Assembly: GCA_039680575.1 (NCBI GenBank)
Contig: JBDKSP010000106.1
Coordinates: 1-26,186 of the forward strand
From: Armatimonadota bacterium
GTDB lineage: Bacteria > Armatimonadota > UBA5829 > DTLH01
Direction of reading: 5' to 3'
Length of the DNA stretch: 26,186 bases
Position 1 is the first letter of the stretch, and each line of letters opens with the position of its first letter. The translations under genes were made by a program, and so were the position numbers. Shown here piece after piece: positions 17,092 through 26,186 of the stretch. The notes beneath the pieces are model-generated. The model was not told where the DNA came from and made no database searches. It was given only the letters and a program-made list of their open reading frames with translations.

Positions 17092-17120
17092 TTGCAACTT
17101 TCGCGTTTTCCTGCTATTCT
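17092..17120 (+). promoter_or_regulatory. Sigma-70-type promoter for archease-lexA
   Basis: TTGCAA-17 nt-TATTCT with extended TG. ATG at 17131, no SD. Confidence 0.5.
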
Positions 17121-17130
17121 CTTAATTGAA

Positions 17131-17553
17131 ATGACCGAACGCATATTCGAGACACTTGAGCATACGGCTGACAAAGGGATCGCCGCCTACGGGAAGACGA
17201 TGGCTGAAGCGTTCGAAACGGCAGCCTTCGGGATGTTTTCCCTCTTTGTCGACCCCGGCGCCTACCAGGCCGAGTCGCACCAGGAACTGGCAGTAAAGGC
17301 AGACGACAAGGAACAGCTTCTCTGGACGTGGCTCTCCGAGCTTCAGTTCAAATTCGAAGTCGAACATGTCCTGCCGGTAGAGTTCAAAATAACCGAAATC
17401 AATGATACAAGCCTTACCGCGGATGTTTCGGTGCGGCCGGTGCGAGATGACATCGAGTGGCTCGGGTCTCCGGTCAAGGCAATCACGTTCCACCAGCTTA
17501 TAGTCGAAGAGACGGACAAAGGCTGGCACATTCAGGTCTATGTTGACGTTTGA
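17131..17553 (+). CDS. Archease
   Basis: LEHTADKGIAAYG, WLSEL, VKAITFHQL, VYVDV C-terminus. True start is 17131; the upstream ORF extension is repeat-derived. Confidence 0.92.
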   Translation: MTERIFETLEHTADKGIAAYGKTMAEAFETAAFGMFSLFVDPGAYQAESHQELAVKADDKEQLLWTWLSELQFKFEVEHVLPVEFKITEINDTSLTADVSVRPVRDDIEWLGSPVKAITFHQLIVEETDKGWHIQVYVDV

Positions 17554-17595
17554 TTCGCTTATAGCAATGCGGACCGGCACGAGAGGTGATACCAG

Positions 17596-18213
17596 GTGCA
17601 GAGAGAATTATCGCCCAGACAGAGGCAGATACTCGATTATATAGTGCAGCATATTGAGATGCACGGATACCCGCCGACGGTGCGGGAGATCGGTGAGGCG
17701 GTGAACCTGTCATCGAGCTCCACCGTCCACGCCCATCTTCGAAACCTCGAAGAAGCGGGGTTGATTCGGCGCGATGCTGTGCTCACGCGGGCGATCCAGA
17801 TAGTTGCGGGCACGACGACCAGTTTCAAGCCGAAAAAAGTCGTATCGCTCCCGGTGGTCGGGCAGGTCGCTGCCGGCAAGCCGATGCTCGCCGTCGAAGA
17901 TATAATCGATACCTATCCAGTCCCACAGGAGTTTCTTTCTGGGACAGATGGGTTTATGCTGAAAGTCCGGGGCGAGAGCATGATCGAGGACGGCATAAAC
18001 GACGGCGACTATGTTGTAGTCCGCAGGCAGCAGACCGCTGACAACGGCGAAACGGTCGTCGCGCTTGTCGACAACGAAGCGACAGTCAAAAGGTTTTATC
18101 TCGAAGATGGCCGGATCCGGCTTCAACCGGCTAACTCGACCATGGAGCCGATGTATTTCCCGCACGTCGATATAGTTGGAAAAGTCGTCGGGCTCGTCCG
18201 CCGGATGGGCTAG
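17596..18213 (+). CDS. lexA: SOS repressor LexA
   Basis: GYPPTVREIG, SSSTVHAHL, VAAG cleavage site, GESM catalytic Ser, ATVKRF catalytic Lys. Confidence 0.97.
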   Translation: MQRELSPRQRQILDYIVQHIEMHGYPPTVREIGEAVNLSSSSTVHAHLRNLEEAGLIRRDAVLTRAIQIVAGTTTSFKPKKVVSLPVVGQVAAGKPMLAVEDIIDTYPVPQEFLSGTDGFMLKVRGESMIEDGINDGDYVVVRRQQTADNGETVVALVDNEATVKRFYLEDGRIRLQPANSTMEPMYFPHVDIVGKVVGLVRRMG

Positions 18214-18246
18214 TTTTATTATTGTGATATACTGTATCGTTCATTA

Positions 18247-18276
18247 ACCCGCGAGGTAGGCTTGCGGGGTGTTTTT
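18247..18276 (+). terminator. Probable intrinsic terminator after lexA
   Basis: CCCGCGAG/CTTGCGGG stem followed by TGTTTTT. Confidence 0.55.
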
Positions 18277-18298
18277 CTGTACGGAGGTAATCAGGCTA

Positions 18299-18751
18299 AT
18301 GCCGAGAGTTGAGAGTTCCATAACCATCAATGGCCCGCTGGACAGGGTGTACGAGTGCGCGAAGGACATAGAACGGTTTCCTGAGTTCATGCCGGATGTT
18401 AAGGATGTTAAGATCACCGAAAGGGACGGAAACCGCATAATAAGCGAGTGGGCTGCCTTTATACCGGACTTCAAAATGACAGTCAAGTGGGTAGAAGAAG
18501 ACCTTTGGAACGATGAAGTCAGAACCTGCGACTTCAAGCTCGTGAAAGGTGATTACGCTGCCTATTCGGGCAAGTGGACCTTTACTGAAGCCGACGGCAT
18601 TGCCAAATTCGACTCTGTCGTGGACTATGAATACGACATTCCGCTGATCGGCGCACTCATTCAGGGTCTCGTGAAACGTAAAGTCCAGGAAAATGTGGAT
18701 CAGATACTTCAGTCAGTGAAGAAGAAAGTAGAAGAAGAATATAGGATATAG
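18299..18751 (+). CDS. SRPBCC/polyketide cyclase-like (Coq10/RatA-like) protein
   Basis: VESSITINGP, DIERFPEFMPDV, GKWTF. GGAGGT RBS before ATG 18299. Confidence 0.85.
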   Translation: MPRVESSITINGPLDRVYECAKDIERFPEFMPDVKDVKITERDGNRIISEWAAFIPDFKMTVKWVEEDLWNDEVRTCDFKLVKGDYAAYSGKWTFTEADGIAKFDSVVDYEYDIPLIGALIQGLVKRKVQENVDQILQSVKKKVEEEYRI

Positions 18752-18787
18752 GATTGAGGAATTAAGGATGAGTCTGGTGGAAATTCG

Positions 18788-18817
18788 TGCTTCGGGACGA
18801 ACTGCGGTCCCGAAGCA
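18788..18817 (-). repeat. REP type A, inverted copy
   Basis: Exact reverse complement of 4776-4805, with shared flanks TCATA/CGA. Confidence 0.92.
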
Positions 18818-18874
18818 TATGAACCGTACATATCCCCCCTAAATCCTTCCATCCCTTAGTTGAGACCTTTGACT

Positions 18875-20215
18875 ATGAAATATGATGTAATTATAATCGG
18901 CGCTGGGCCGGCGGGGATATTTGCCGCGCTCGAACTTGCCAAAACGCCGGACATCAAAATAGCGATAATCGATAAAGGACAGGACATCACCGAGAGGACC
19001 CGGCAGAAGTCACTCCTCTCGGGTTGGGGAGGCGCTGGAGCGTTTTCGGACGGTAAACTGACGCTTTCGACCCATGTGGGCGGCTGGCTGGACAAGTTTA
19101 TGCTGGACCACGAACTCCAGGAGCTTGTGGATCAGGTCGATCAGACATGGATCAACTTTGGCGCACCCGAGCGGACCTACGGCACGAACCAGGACGATAT
19201 AGCAGAGCTTCAGCGGAAAGCTGCTCTGGCGGAACTGAGGTTAGTACCGTCCGAGATCAGGCACATCGGCACGGAAGTCTGTCCGGTCGTGCTGAAAGCC
19301 ATGCGGGATGAGCTCAGCAGCCGTGTGGACATCATGACCGACACCGCAATATCGTCGCTCGTAACTGCAGACAGCCGGATAACAGGGGTCGAGACTATCG
19401 ACGGGCGGGTGATCGATGCGGATTACGTCATCGCCGCGCCGGGCCGCGAGGGTGCGGACTGGCTGGCATCGGAGGCCCGAAGGCTTGGTTTGAGGACGAT
19501 CACGAACCCGGTAGACATCGGTGTCCGTGTGGAGGTTCCGGCGCCGGTCCTGGCGGAGCTTACGGATGTCGTATACGAGCCTAAGCTGGTCTATTACACC
19601 CAGTTCTTTGACGACCAGGTGAGATCCTTCTGCGTCTGTCCGATGGGAGAGGTCGCTATGGAGGAGAGTGACGGAGTTCGGACTGTAAACGGCCATTCTT
19701 ACGCTCATACAAAGACGGAAAACACCAACTTCGCGCTTTTGGTATCGACCTCGTTTACGGAGCCGTTCCGCGAGCCTATTACTTACGGGCGCTATATCGC
19801 CACACTCTCGAACCTGCTTTCCGGCGGGGTGATCGTACAGCGGCTCGGCGACCTGCAGGCGGGCCGAAGGTCGACGGAGGCAAGGATCGCGCGCGGGCTG
19901 GTCAAACCTACGCTTGAGACGGCTGTTCCGGGAGACCTGTCGTTTGTCCTGCCGTACAGATACCTGGCCGGGATAAGTGAGATGCTGAGAGCAATGGACA
20001 AGCTCTCTCCGGGAGTCGGGTCACGACATACACTGCTCTATGGAGTCGAGGTGAAGTTCTATTCGTCCAGGCTTGAGATCTCACCTAAGCTTGAGGCAGA
20101 GATACGCAACCTCTTTACGGTAGGCGATGGCGCGGGAGTAACCCGTGGATTAGTCCAGGCGTCGGCGTCGGGACTTGTGGCCGCAAGAGAGATAGCAAGA
20201 AGAGTAGCGGGATAG
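18875..20215 (+). CDS. NAD(P)/FAD-dependent oxidoreductase (uncharacterised FAD-dependent dehydrogenase family)
   Basis: IIGAGPAG, GGAGAFSDGKL, DIGVRVE, VNGHS, GDGAGVTRG. Confidence 0.88.
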   Translation: MKYDVIIIGAGPAGIFAALELAKTPDIKIAIIDKGQDITERTRQKSLLSGWGGAGAFSDGKLTLSTHVGGWLDKFMLDHELQELVDQVDQTWINFGAPERTYGTNQDDIAELQRKAALAELRLVPSEIRHIGTEVCPVVLKAMRDELSSRVDIMTDTAISSLVTADSRITGVETIDGRVIDADYVIAAPGREGADWLASEARRLGLRTITNPVDIGVRVEVPAPVLAELTDVVYEPKLVYYTQFFDDQVRSFCVCPMGEVAMEESDGVRTVNGHSYAHTKTENTNFALLVSTSFTEPFREPITYGRYIATLSNLLSGGVIVQRLGDLQAGRRSTEARIARGLVKPTLETAVPGDLSFVLPYRYLAGISEMLRAMDKLSPGVGSRHTLLYGVEVKFYSSRLEISPKLEAEIRNLFTVGDGAGVTRGLVQASASGLVAAREIARRVAG

Positions 20216-20232
20216 TTTCGGAATTTAATAAG

Positions 20233-20263
20233 GCCCGGTGCAGTTTTGCACCGGGCTGCTTTT
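20233..20263 (+). terminator. Intrinsic terminator between convergent genes
   Basis: GCCCGGTGCA/TGCACCGGGC 10-bp stem followed by a T-rich tail. Confidence 0.75.
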
Positions 20264-20324
20264 AATATAATATTTTCCTAACTTATAAGTATCTTTGGTA
20301 TCTTTCGGCTGTTGTCTGTATTCA

Positions 20325-21293
20325 TTACGCCGTCGGGCTGGAATATATTGATAACATTTTTTGCGCGTTCTCATCGATCAGTTTACGTAGATCATCCGGC
20401 TCGATAACTTCGGCATTGCTGCCCCAACTGAGTATCCAGAAGCTGATTTCTTCGATTCCTGATACCTTTACCGAGAAGATTACCCCGCCATCAGGCGTAT
20501 CCTGCAGTTCCTGGCTCGGATGGCGCTTAGTCTCTTTGATAATCCGCGCAACCCTCGGTGAAAACTTCACCCGTACCAACCGCTCTTCATCGCCGGTCCA
20601 CATTTCCCAGCTCTTTGCATAAAAACTATCGACAGAGAAGTCATGCGGCAACTGGAAGTTCTCGCCGGTCTTTTCGGCTTTGACTATCCGAATAAGCTTG
20701 AGCTGGATAATGCGTCCGTGAGAATGAGAAAACGCGATCAGATACCAGTTGTGTCGCCTGAACACCAGTGCATACGGATCTATGAACAGCGATTTGGTCT
20801 CACCGCTCCGCTGCGAACAATAGATAACGGATATGCGCTTGCTGCGTTCGATGGAATCCGCAAGGCAGTCCACCACCTCTGATGATGCTTTTGTTTGTGA
20901 ACACTGAGAAGCATATATCGAGCGATCCGTTATAGAGGACTGTACTTCCTTAAGGCTGTCTCCAGTAAGAGCGAGTTCTATTTTTTTCCATGCCGTGACA
21001 GCGTAGTCCGAGAACGGAGCGCCTTTACCAAGCGCATTGGAAGTAAGCGCAAGCCGGACGGCAAGGACTTCCTTGGGAGAAAGGTCCAACTGGCTCGAAA
21101 CCGGACGCTCTGCCAGATAATATCCGCCCTGCTCGCAGTAGATCCCCACATGGAGCTCGTCAGATAACGATTCCAGATATCTGTAGATCGTGCGCTCAGA
21201 GCGTCCGAGAATAGCAGCCAGCTTATCGATGCTGAGCCCCGGCCTTTCACGCAACAGATCTATCATTTGAAGTAGTAAAATCGACTTTGGCAT
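20325..21293 (-). CDS. HTH-WYL-WCX transcriptional regulator (YafY/PafBC-like)
   Basis: LGRSERTIYRYL HTH, IDPYALV...WYLIAF, WILSWGSNAEVIEPDDLR. Confidence 0.93.
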   Translation of the reverse strand: MPKSILLLQMIDLLRERPGLSIDKLAAILGRSERTIYRYLESLSDELHVGIYCEQGGYYLAERPVSSQLDLSPKEVLAVRLALTSNALGKGAPFSDYAVTAWKKIELALTGDSLKEVQSSITDRSIYASQCSQTKASSEVVDCLADSIERSKRISVIYCSQRSGETKSLFIDPYALVFRRHNWYLIAFSHSHGRIIQLKLIRIVKAEKTGENFQLPHDFSVDSFYAKSWEMWTGDEERLVRVKFSPRVARIIKETKRHPSQELQDTPDGGVIFSVKVSGIEEISFWILSWGSNAEVIEPDDLRKLIDENAQKMLSIYSSPTA

Positions 21294-21568
21294 AACAACC
21301 CCCCACATTCAGTGGCCCGTTTATCTTCTTAACAATGCGACCTCTAAATTCCTCCTGTCATTTTCTGAATTTCACCGTCTTCGAACAAACTTCACCTGTC
21401 TTCCCCGCAATTAAAGGCAACTCCGGCAAAGGATGGTTTACTGCCGGGAGAATTACGACAGCATTATAGCTGAAAATTCGCAGGTGTTTGTTATTATTGG
21501 TAAAAACCCGTAGGATGGACAGTTGGGAATAGAGTGAACAGAAGGTAAACGTGGATGAAAGGAATTAC

Positions 21569-21722
21569 AGAGTATTGGCGGTTGATGTAACGAGTAATAA
21601 ATATCGTTTCAGCCAAAACTCTTCCGGGAAAGCTTCTGGTGTAAGCATAAAAACCAACAGATGCAGCATTATCAGTGACTGGTTATGTGCCCGTAGGAGT
21701 GCTTCATAGTTACCCAGAACTC
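21569..21722 (+). repeat. Twin-hairpin dispersed element, copy 3
   Basis: AGAGTATTGGC (21569-21579) pairs with GCCAAAACTCT (21612-21622). CCGG linker. TTCTGG (21634-21639) pairs with CCAGAA (21714-21719). Colinear with 2690-2842. Confidence 0.88.
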
Positions 21723-21735
21723 AATAGATATATCG

Positions 21736-21775
21736 AAAAGGGCTCATCCGGTCTAGTCAACCGGATGAGCCCTTT
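21736..21775 (-). terminator. Intrinsic (likely bidirectional) terminator after PEP-CTERM gene
   Basis: Perfect 16-bp stem AAAGGGCTCATCCGGT/ACCGGATGAGCCCTTT. Confidence 0.8.
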
Positions 21776-21799
21776 ATACTAACCGTGCTTATAGAGAGA

Positions 21800-22423
21800 C
21801 TACTTTCGCCTTCGGGTGGTAATTCCTACGACTCCTAGGAGCCCGGATGTAAGAGCGAGTAAGCTGCCTGGTTCCGGAACAGGTGTAACACGTTCATGCC
21901 AGGTCGGAGAACCGATGCTCGCCGGAGTGACGGATGTCCACTTTACTTTATCGTTCCCGGGTGTAGTCGAGTCAACAGCAGCGACATGGCACACAAATCC
22001 CGGTGATCCGTCTGAAGGGCCCCCTTTGTTAGCCGATGTTGTCGAATTTGACGTAAACTTAAATGTGTAAGACAGTCCAGGCGCCAGCGCAGGCGGAGTG
22101 AGGTAATTGCTGTTACTATCCTCGATCTCGAACGCATTGAAACCTCCCTCTATCCACTCCCATCCATTAGGTATAGAGATGATAGTCTCGGGCGCAGGGA
22201 TATTGAATGGTTCGAGAGACCAAACCAGAACATCATAACTGTCCGGAGTCGGGTCGCCTGCTATACCAGTCAGATTGTGTAGTACAATGGTATACTCATT
22301 GCCAACTTTGCTGTAATCAGCACTTACTACACCCGTACTTATTGCTGAATTCCAAGACTGCGCGAAAGCGCATCCGCATATAAGGACTGCAAAAAGCACG
22401 GATAATATAATTCTCTTTATCAT
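21800..22423 (-). CDS. PEP-CTERM sorting-domain protein
   Basis: Signal peptide (...CAFAQ). C-terminal VPEPGSLLAL-TM-RRRK. GGAGG RBS before ATG 22423. Confidence 0.92.
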   Translation of the reverse strand: MIKRIILSVLFAVLICGCAFAQSWNSAISTGVVSADYSKVGNEYTIVLHNLTGIAGDPTPDSYDVLVWSLEPFNIPAPETIISIPNGWEWIEGGFNAFEIEDSNSNYLTPPALAPGLSYTFKFTSNSTTSANKGGPSDGSPGFVCHVAAVDSTTPGNDKVKWTSVTPASIGSPTWHERVTPVPEPGSLLALTSGLLGVVGITTRRRK

Positions 22424-22514
22424 ACAGCCTCCTTCCAGCCGTTTTTCGGCCATTGTGTTGTGGCGGCTAGCCATTAAATGCAAAATCGTTATTCCCAATA
22501 TTACCATGAAATAT

Positions 22515-22531
22515 AGCATCGCGCATGCCAA
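22515..22531 (-). promoter_or_regulatory. Sigma-54 (-24/-12) promoter candidate for the PEP-CTERM gene
   Basis: Minus strand TTGGCATGCGCGATGCT has correct GG-N10-GC spacing. Confidence 0.6.
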
Positions 22532-22664
22532 TTAGGCATAAAAAAGCAAAACTAGTAATAATACCAGCTAAGGAAAGGACTCATTAGACGAATAGAGTTA
22601 CATAATTTACAGAATATGTAAATGATATGGTATAAAAACGTATTGTAGATATGTGCATTTTTCG

Positions 22665-22693
22665 TTGACATCTTCACGCTGCCATGTTATGTT
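22665..22693 (+). promoter_or_regulatory. Sigma-70 promoter for HTH-peptidase pair
   Basis: TTGACA-17 nt-TATGTT with extended TG. Confidence 0.65.
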
Positions 22694-22721
22694 AAATAGT
22701 GGTGAACGGAGGCGAGTAGTT

Positions 22722-23078
22722 ATGAGCAGAGTCTCACCTGAGTTCGGTAAGATAATAAAAGACCTTTTGGCGAGTCAGAGCCTGACCTTCAGAGGTGCGG
22801 GGTTCAAATCGAACATCAGCGCGGCTTACTGGAAGGACATGTCCGATGGGCGTGTGCCTTCGGAAGAGATAATCGAGAAGATCGCTGAGTCGTTCGAGGG
22901 TGTCGACGAAAACGAAATGCGCGCTGCTGCAGGTTATGCCCCTGTATATGGCCGGGCCGATGCCGTCAAGGCGGTCGAGTTCGCGCTTCGCGGTCAGGAG
23001 ACCATTCCAGAAGAAGGCAAGAAGCAGATACTGGAGTTCGTCAAGAAGATCGAGCAGAACTACCGGAAAAAGGACTGA
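22722..23078 (+). CDS. XRE-like helix-turn-helix protein
   Basis: FGKIIKDL...LTFR...ISAAYWKDMSDGRVPSEEIIEKIA...AAGY. GGAGG RBS. Paired with ImmA/IrrE. Confidence 0.75.
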   Translation: MSRVSPEFGKIIKDLLASQSLTFRGAGFKSNISAAYWKDMSDGRVPSEEIIEKIAESFEGVDENEMRAAAGYAPVYGRADAVKAVEFALRGQETIPEEGKKQILEFVKKIEQNYRKKD

Positions 23079-23081
23079 TAC

Positions 23082-23627
23082 GTGACCAGGCTATACTTTC
23101 TTGATGATGCCGAGCGCTTCGCCCACCAGGCCTGGGACGCACTTAAACTCGAACCGCCAGTTGAAGTGGAAAAAGTTGCTAAACGGCTCGGAATCGACCT
23201 CTACCGGGAGCAGTTTGTCGAGCAGATAGACGGGCTTTATCTCAGAATGCCCGATGCTCCTCCTGTCATCGCTATAAACTCCAGTTATCTGAAGCCACCA
23301 GGCAGGCAGCGCTTCACAGCGGCACACGAAGTCGGCCACCACCTCCTCTGCAGGCGAGCCGTCAGCAAAACAAGACTTTTTTATCTGGACAGCGTCGAAA
23401 CTCGAAAGAACAAGTTGGAGCGGATGTGCGACAGGTTCGCAGCGCTCCTCCTTATGCCTGAACAGATTGTGAAGCAATGGTTCGAAGAGCTTTCCGCGAA
23501 TACCGAAAACCGGGTTTCCATCATGTCCGAACGGTTCGGGGTCTCTGCATGGGCTATGCGGGTGCGTCTCCGCGAGTTGGGACTTCCATACAGCAAGTGG
23601 CAAAAGCGCAAGTTGGGGGATAAATAG
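23082..23627 (+). CDS. ImmA/IrrE-family metallo-endopeptidase
   Basis: RQRFTAAHEVGHH (HExxH), E..CDRFAALLLMP, RFGVS. Confidence 0.92.
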   Translation: MTRLYFLDDAERFAHQAWDALKLEPPVEVEKVAKRLGIDLYREQFVEQIDGLYLRMPDAPPVIAINSSYLKPPGRQRFTAAHEVGHHLLCRRAVSKTRLFYLDSVETRKNKLERMCDRFAALLLMPEQIVKQWFEELSANTENRVSIMSERFGVSAWAMRVRLRELGLPYSKWQKRKLGDK

Positions 23628-23766
23628 CTGGAGCCCAAGCGCTCACAGTCTGCTCACGGGATCGCCAATATTTGTGCGTGTCAGCGTCAATTATGTGTAT
23701 TCAGAAATTGGTAAGCCAGGCAGGCTGTACGGGGCGTGCTCACGCTTCAGGATCGAGTGCGCAAGC

Positions 23767-23795
23767 TTGACCAGGGGTATGCGTTATGCTATAAT
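23767..23795 (+). promoter_or_regulatory. Strong sigma-70 promoter for gyrB
   Basis: TTGACC-17 nt-TATAAT with extended TG. Confidence 0.75.
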
Positions 23796-23975
23796 GACAC
23801 TGTCCAAATGCAGGCTTTGGTTTTGGGAAATTGTCACAAAAGATGGCATATTATTGGCTTTATATATAACCTGTAGTCGCGGTTAATTCCTCTCAAATTG
23901 AGGCGCTGCTGCGACTTCACTTGTGTACAAGAGGGATAAGCCCCATTGCCGGCGGCTGCGAGACAGGAGCAATAG

Positions 23976-26003
<2,028 letters not shown>

Positions 26004-26020
26004 GTTAATCAATAAATAAT

Positions 26021-26056
26021 AGTGCTTCGGGGCGAGCCAAAACGCCTCGAAGCACT
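26021..26056. repeat. REP-A-like hairpin after gyrB
   Basis: AGTGCTTCGGGGCG/CGCCTCGAAGCACT stem sharing the TGCTTCGG...GAAGCA foot. Confidence 0.75.
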
Positions 26057-26186
26057 TAGAGATTTTCGGCTGATTAATTAACGGCCAATCATATATTGTC
26101 TGTTGCCGAAAATCTTCCGGAAGAGTTTCAGGTATAAGTGTAAAATCAACAGATAAAGCTACATCAGAGAACTTTTATATAGCTGT
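26057..26186 (+). repeat. Twin-hairpin dispersed element, copy 4 (3'-truncated by window edge)
   Basis: AGATTTTCGGC (26060-26070) is the exact reverse complement of GCCGAAAATCT (26105-26115). Then TCCGGA and AGAGTTTCAGG (26122-26132). Confidence 0.9.

Noticed and set aside
16921..17130. 70-aa Arg-rich N-terminal extension of archease
   Set aside because: Translation of repeat DNA. The family start and a promoter point to ATG 17131.
21405..21455. Hairpin CTCCGGCA...TGCCGGGAG upstream of the WYL gene as a c-di-GMP riboswitch
   Set aside because: Lacks the GNRA tetraloop/receptor and second stem of the c-di-GMP-I motif.
22722..23627. Prophage/ICE immunity module
   Set aside because: No integrase, excisionase or att-like boundaries adjacent.

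Overview
Bacterial chromosomal segment. Firmicutes-like LexA, cdaA-cdaR-glmM and gyrB together with a PEP-CTERM protein suggest Armatimonadota or a similar lineage (inference only). The housekeeping backbone is: sigma-28-family factor, PrsA-like foldase, YabN/MazG N-terminal methylase-like gene, pit + DUF47, cdaA-cdaR-glmM, holA, rpsT, archease-lexA, SRPBCC protein, FAD oxidoreductase, WYL regulator, PEP-CTERM protein, XRE-HTH + ImmA/IrrE peptidase, and gyrB. Two main signals lie in the non-coding DNA. (1) A ~155-170 bp 'twin-hairpin' element occurs four times (1-124, 2690-2842, 21569-21722, 26057-26186), all in the same orientation. It falls into two diverged subtypes whose stems show compensatory changes. 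(2) Two arrays of co-oriented, AT-richer orphan genes (4776-7114 and 10525-14100) have each gene delimited by short palindromic repeats, including a perfect 90-bp direct repeat around one gene. This resembles a hairpin-delimited gene-cassette system. No integrase or transposase is present in the window. All structure and identity statements come from manual inspection; no searches were run.
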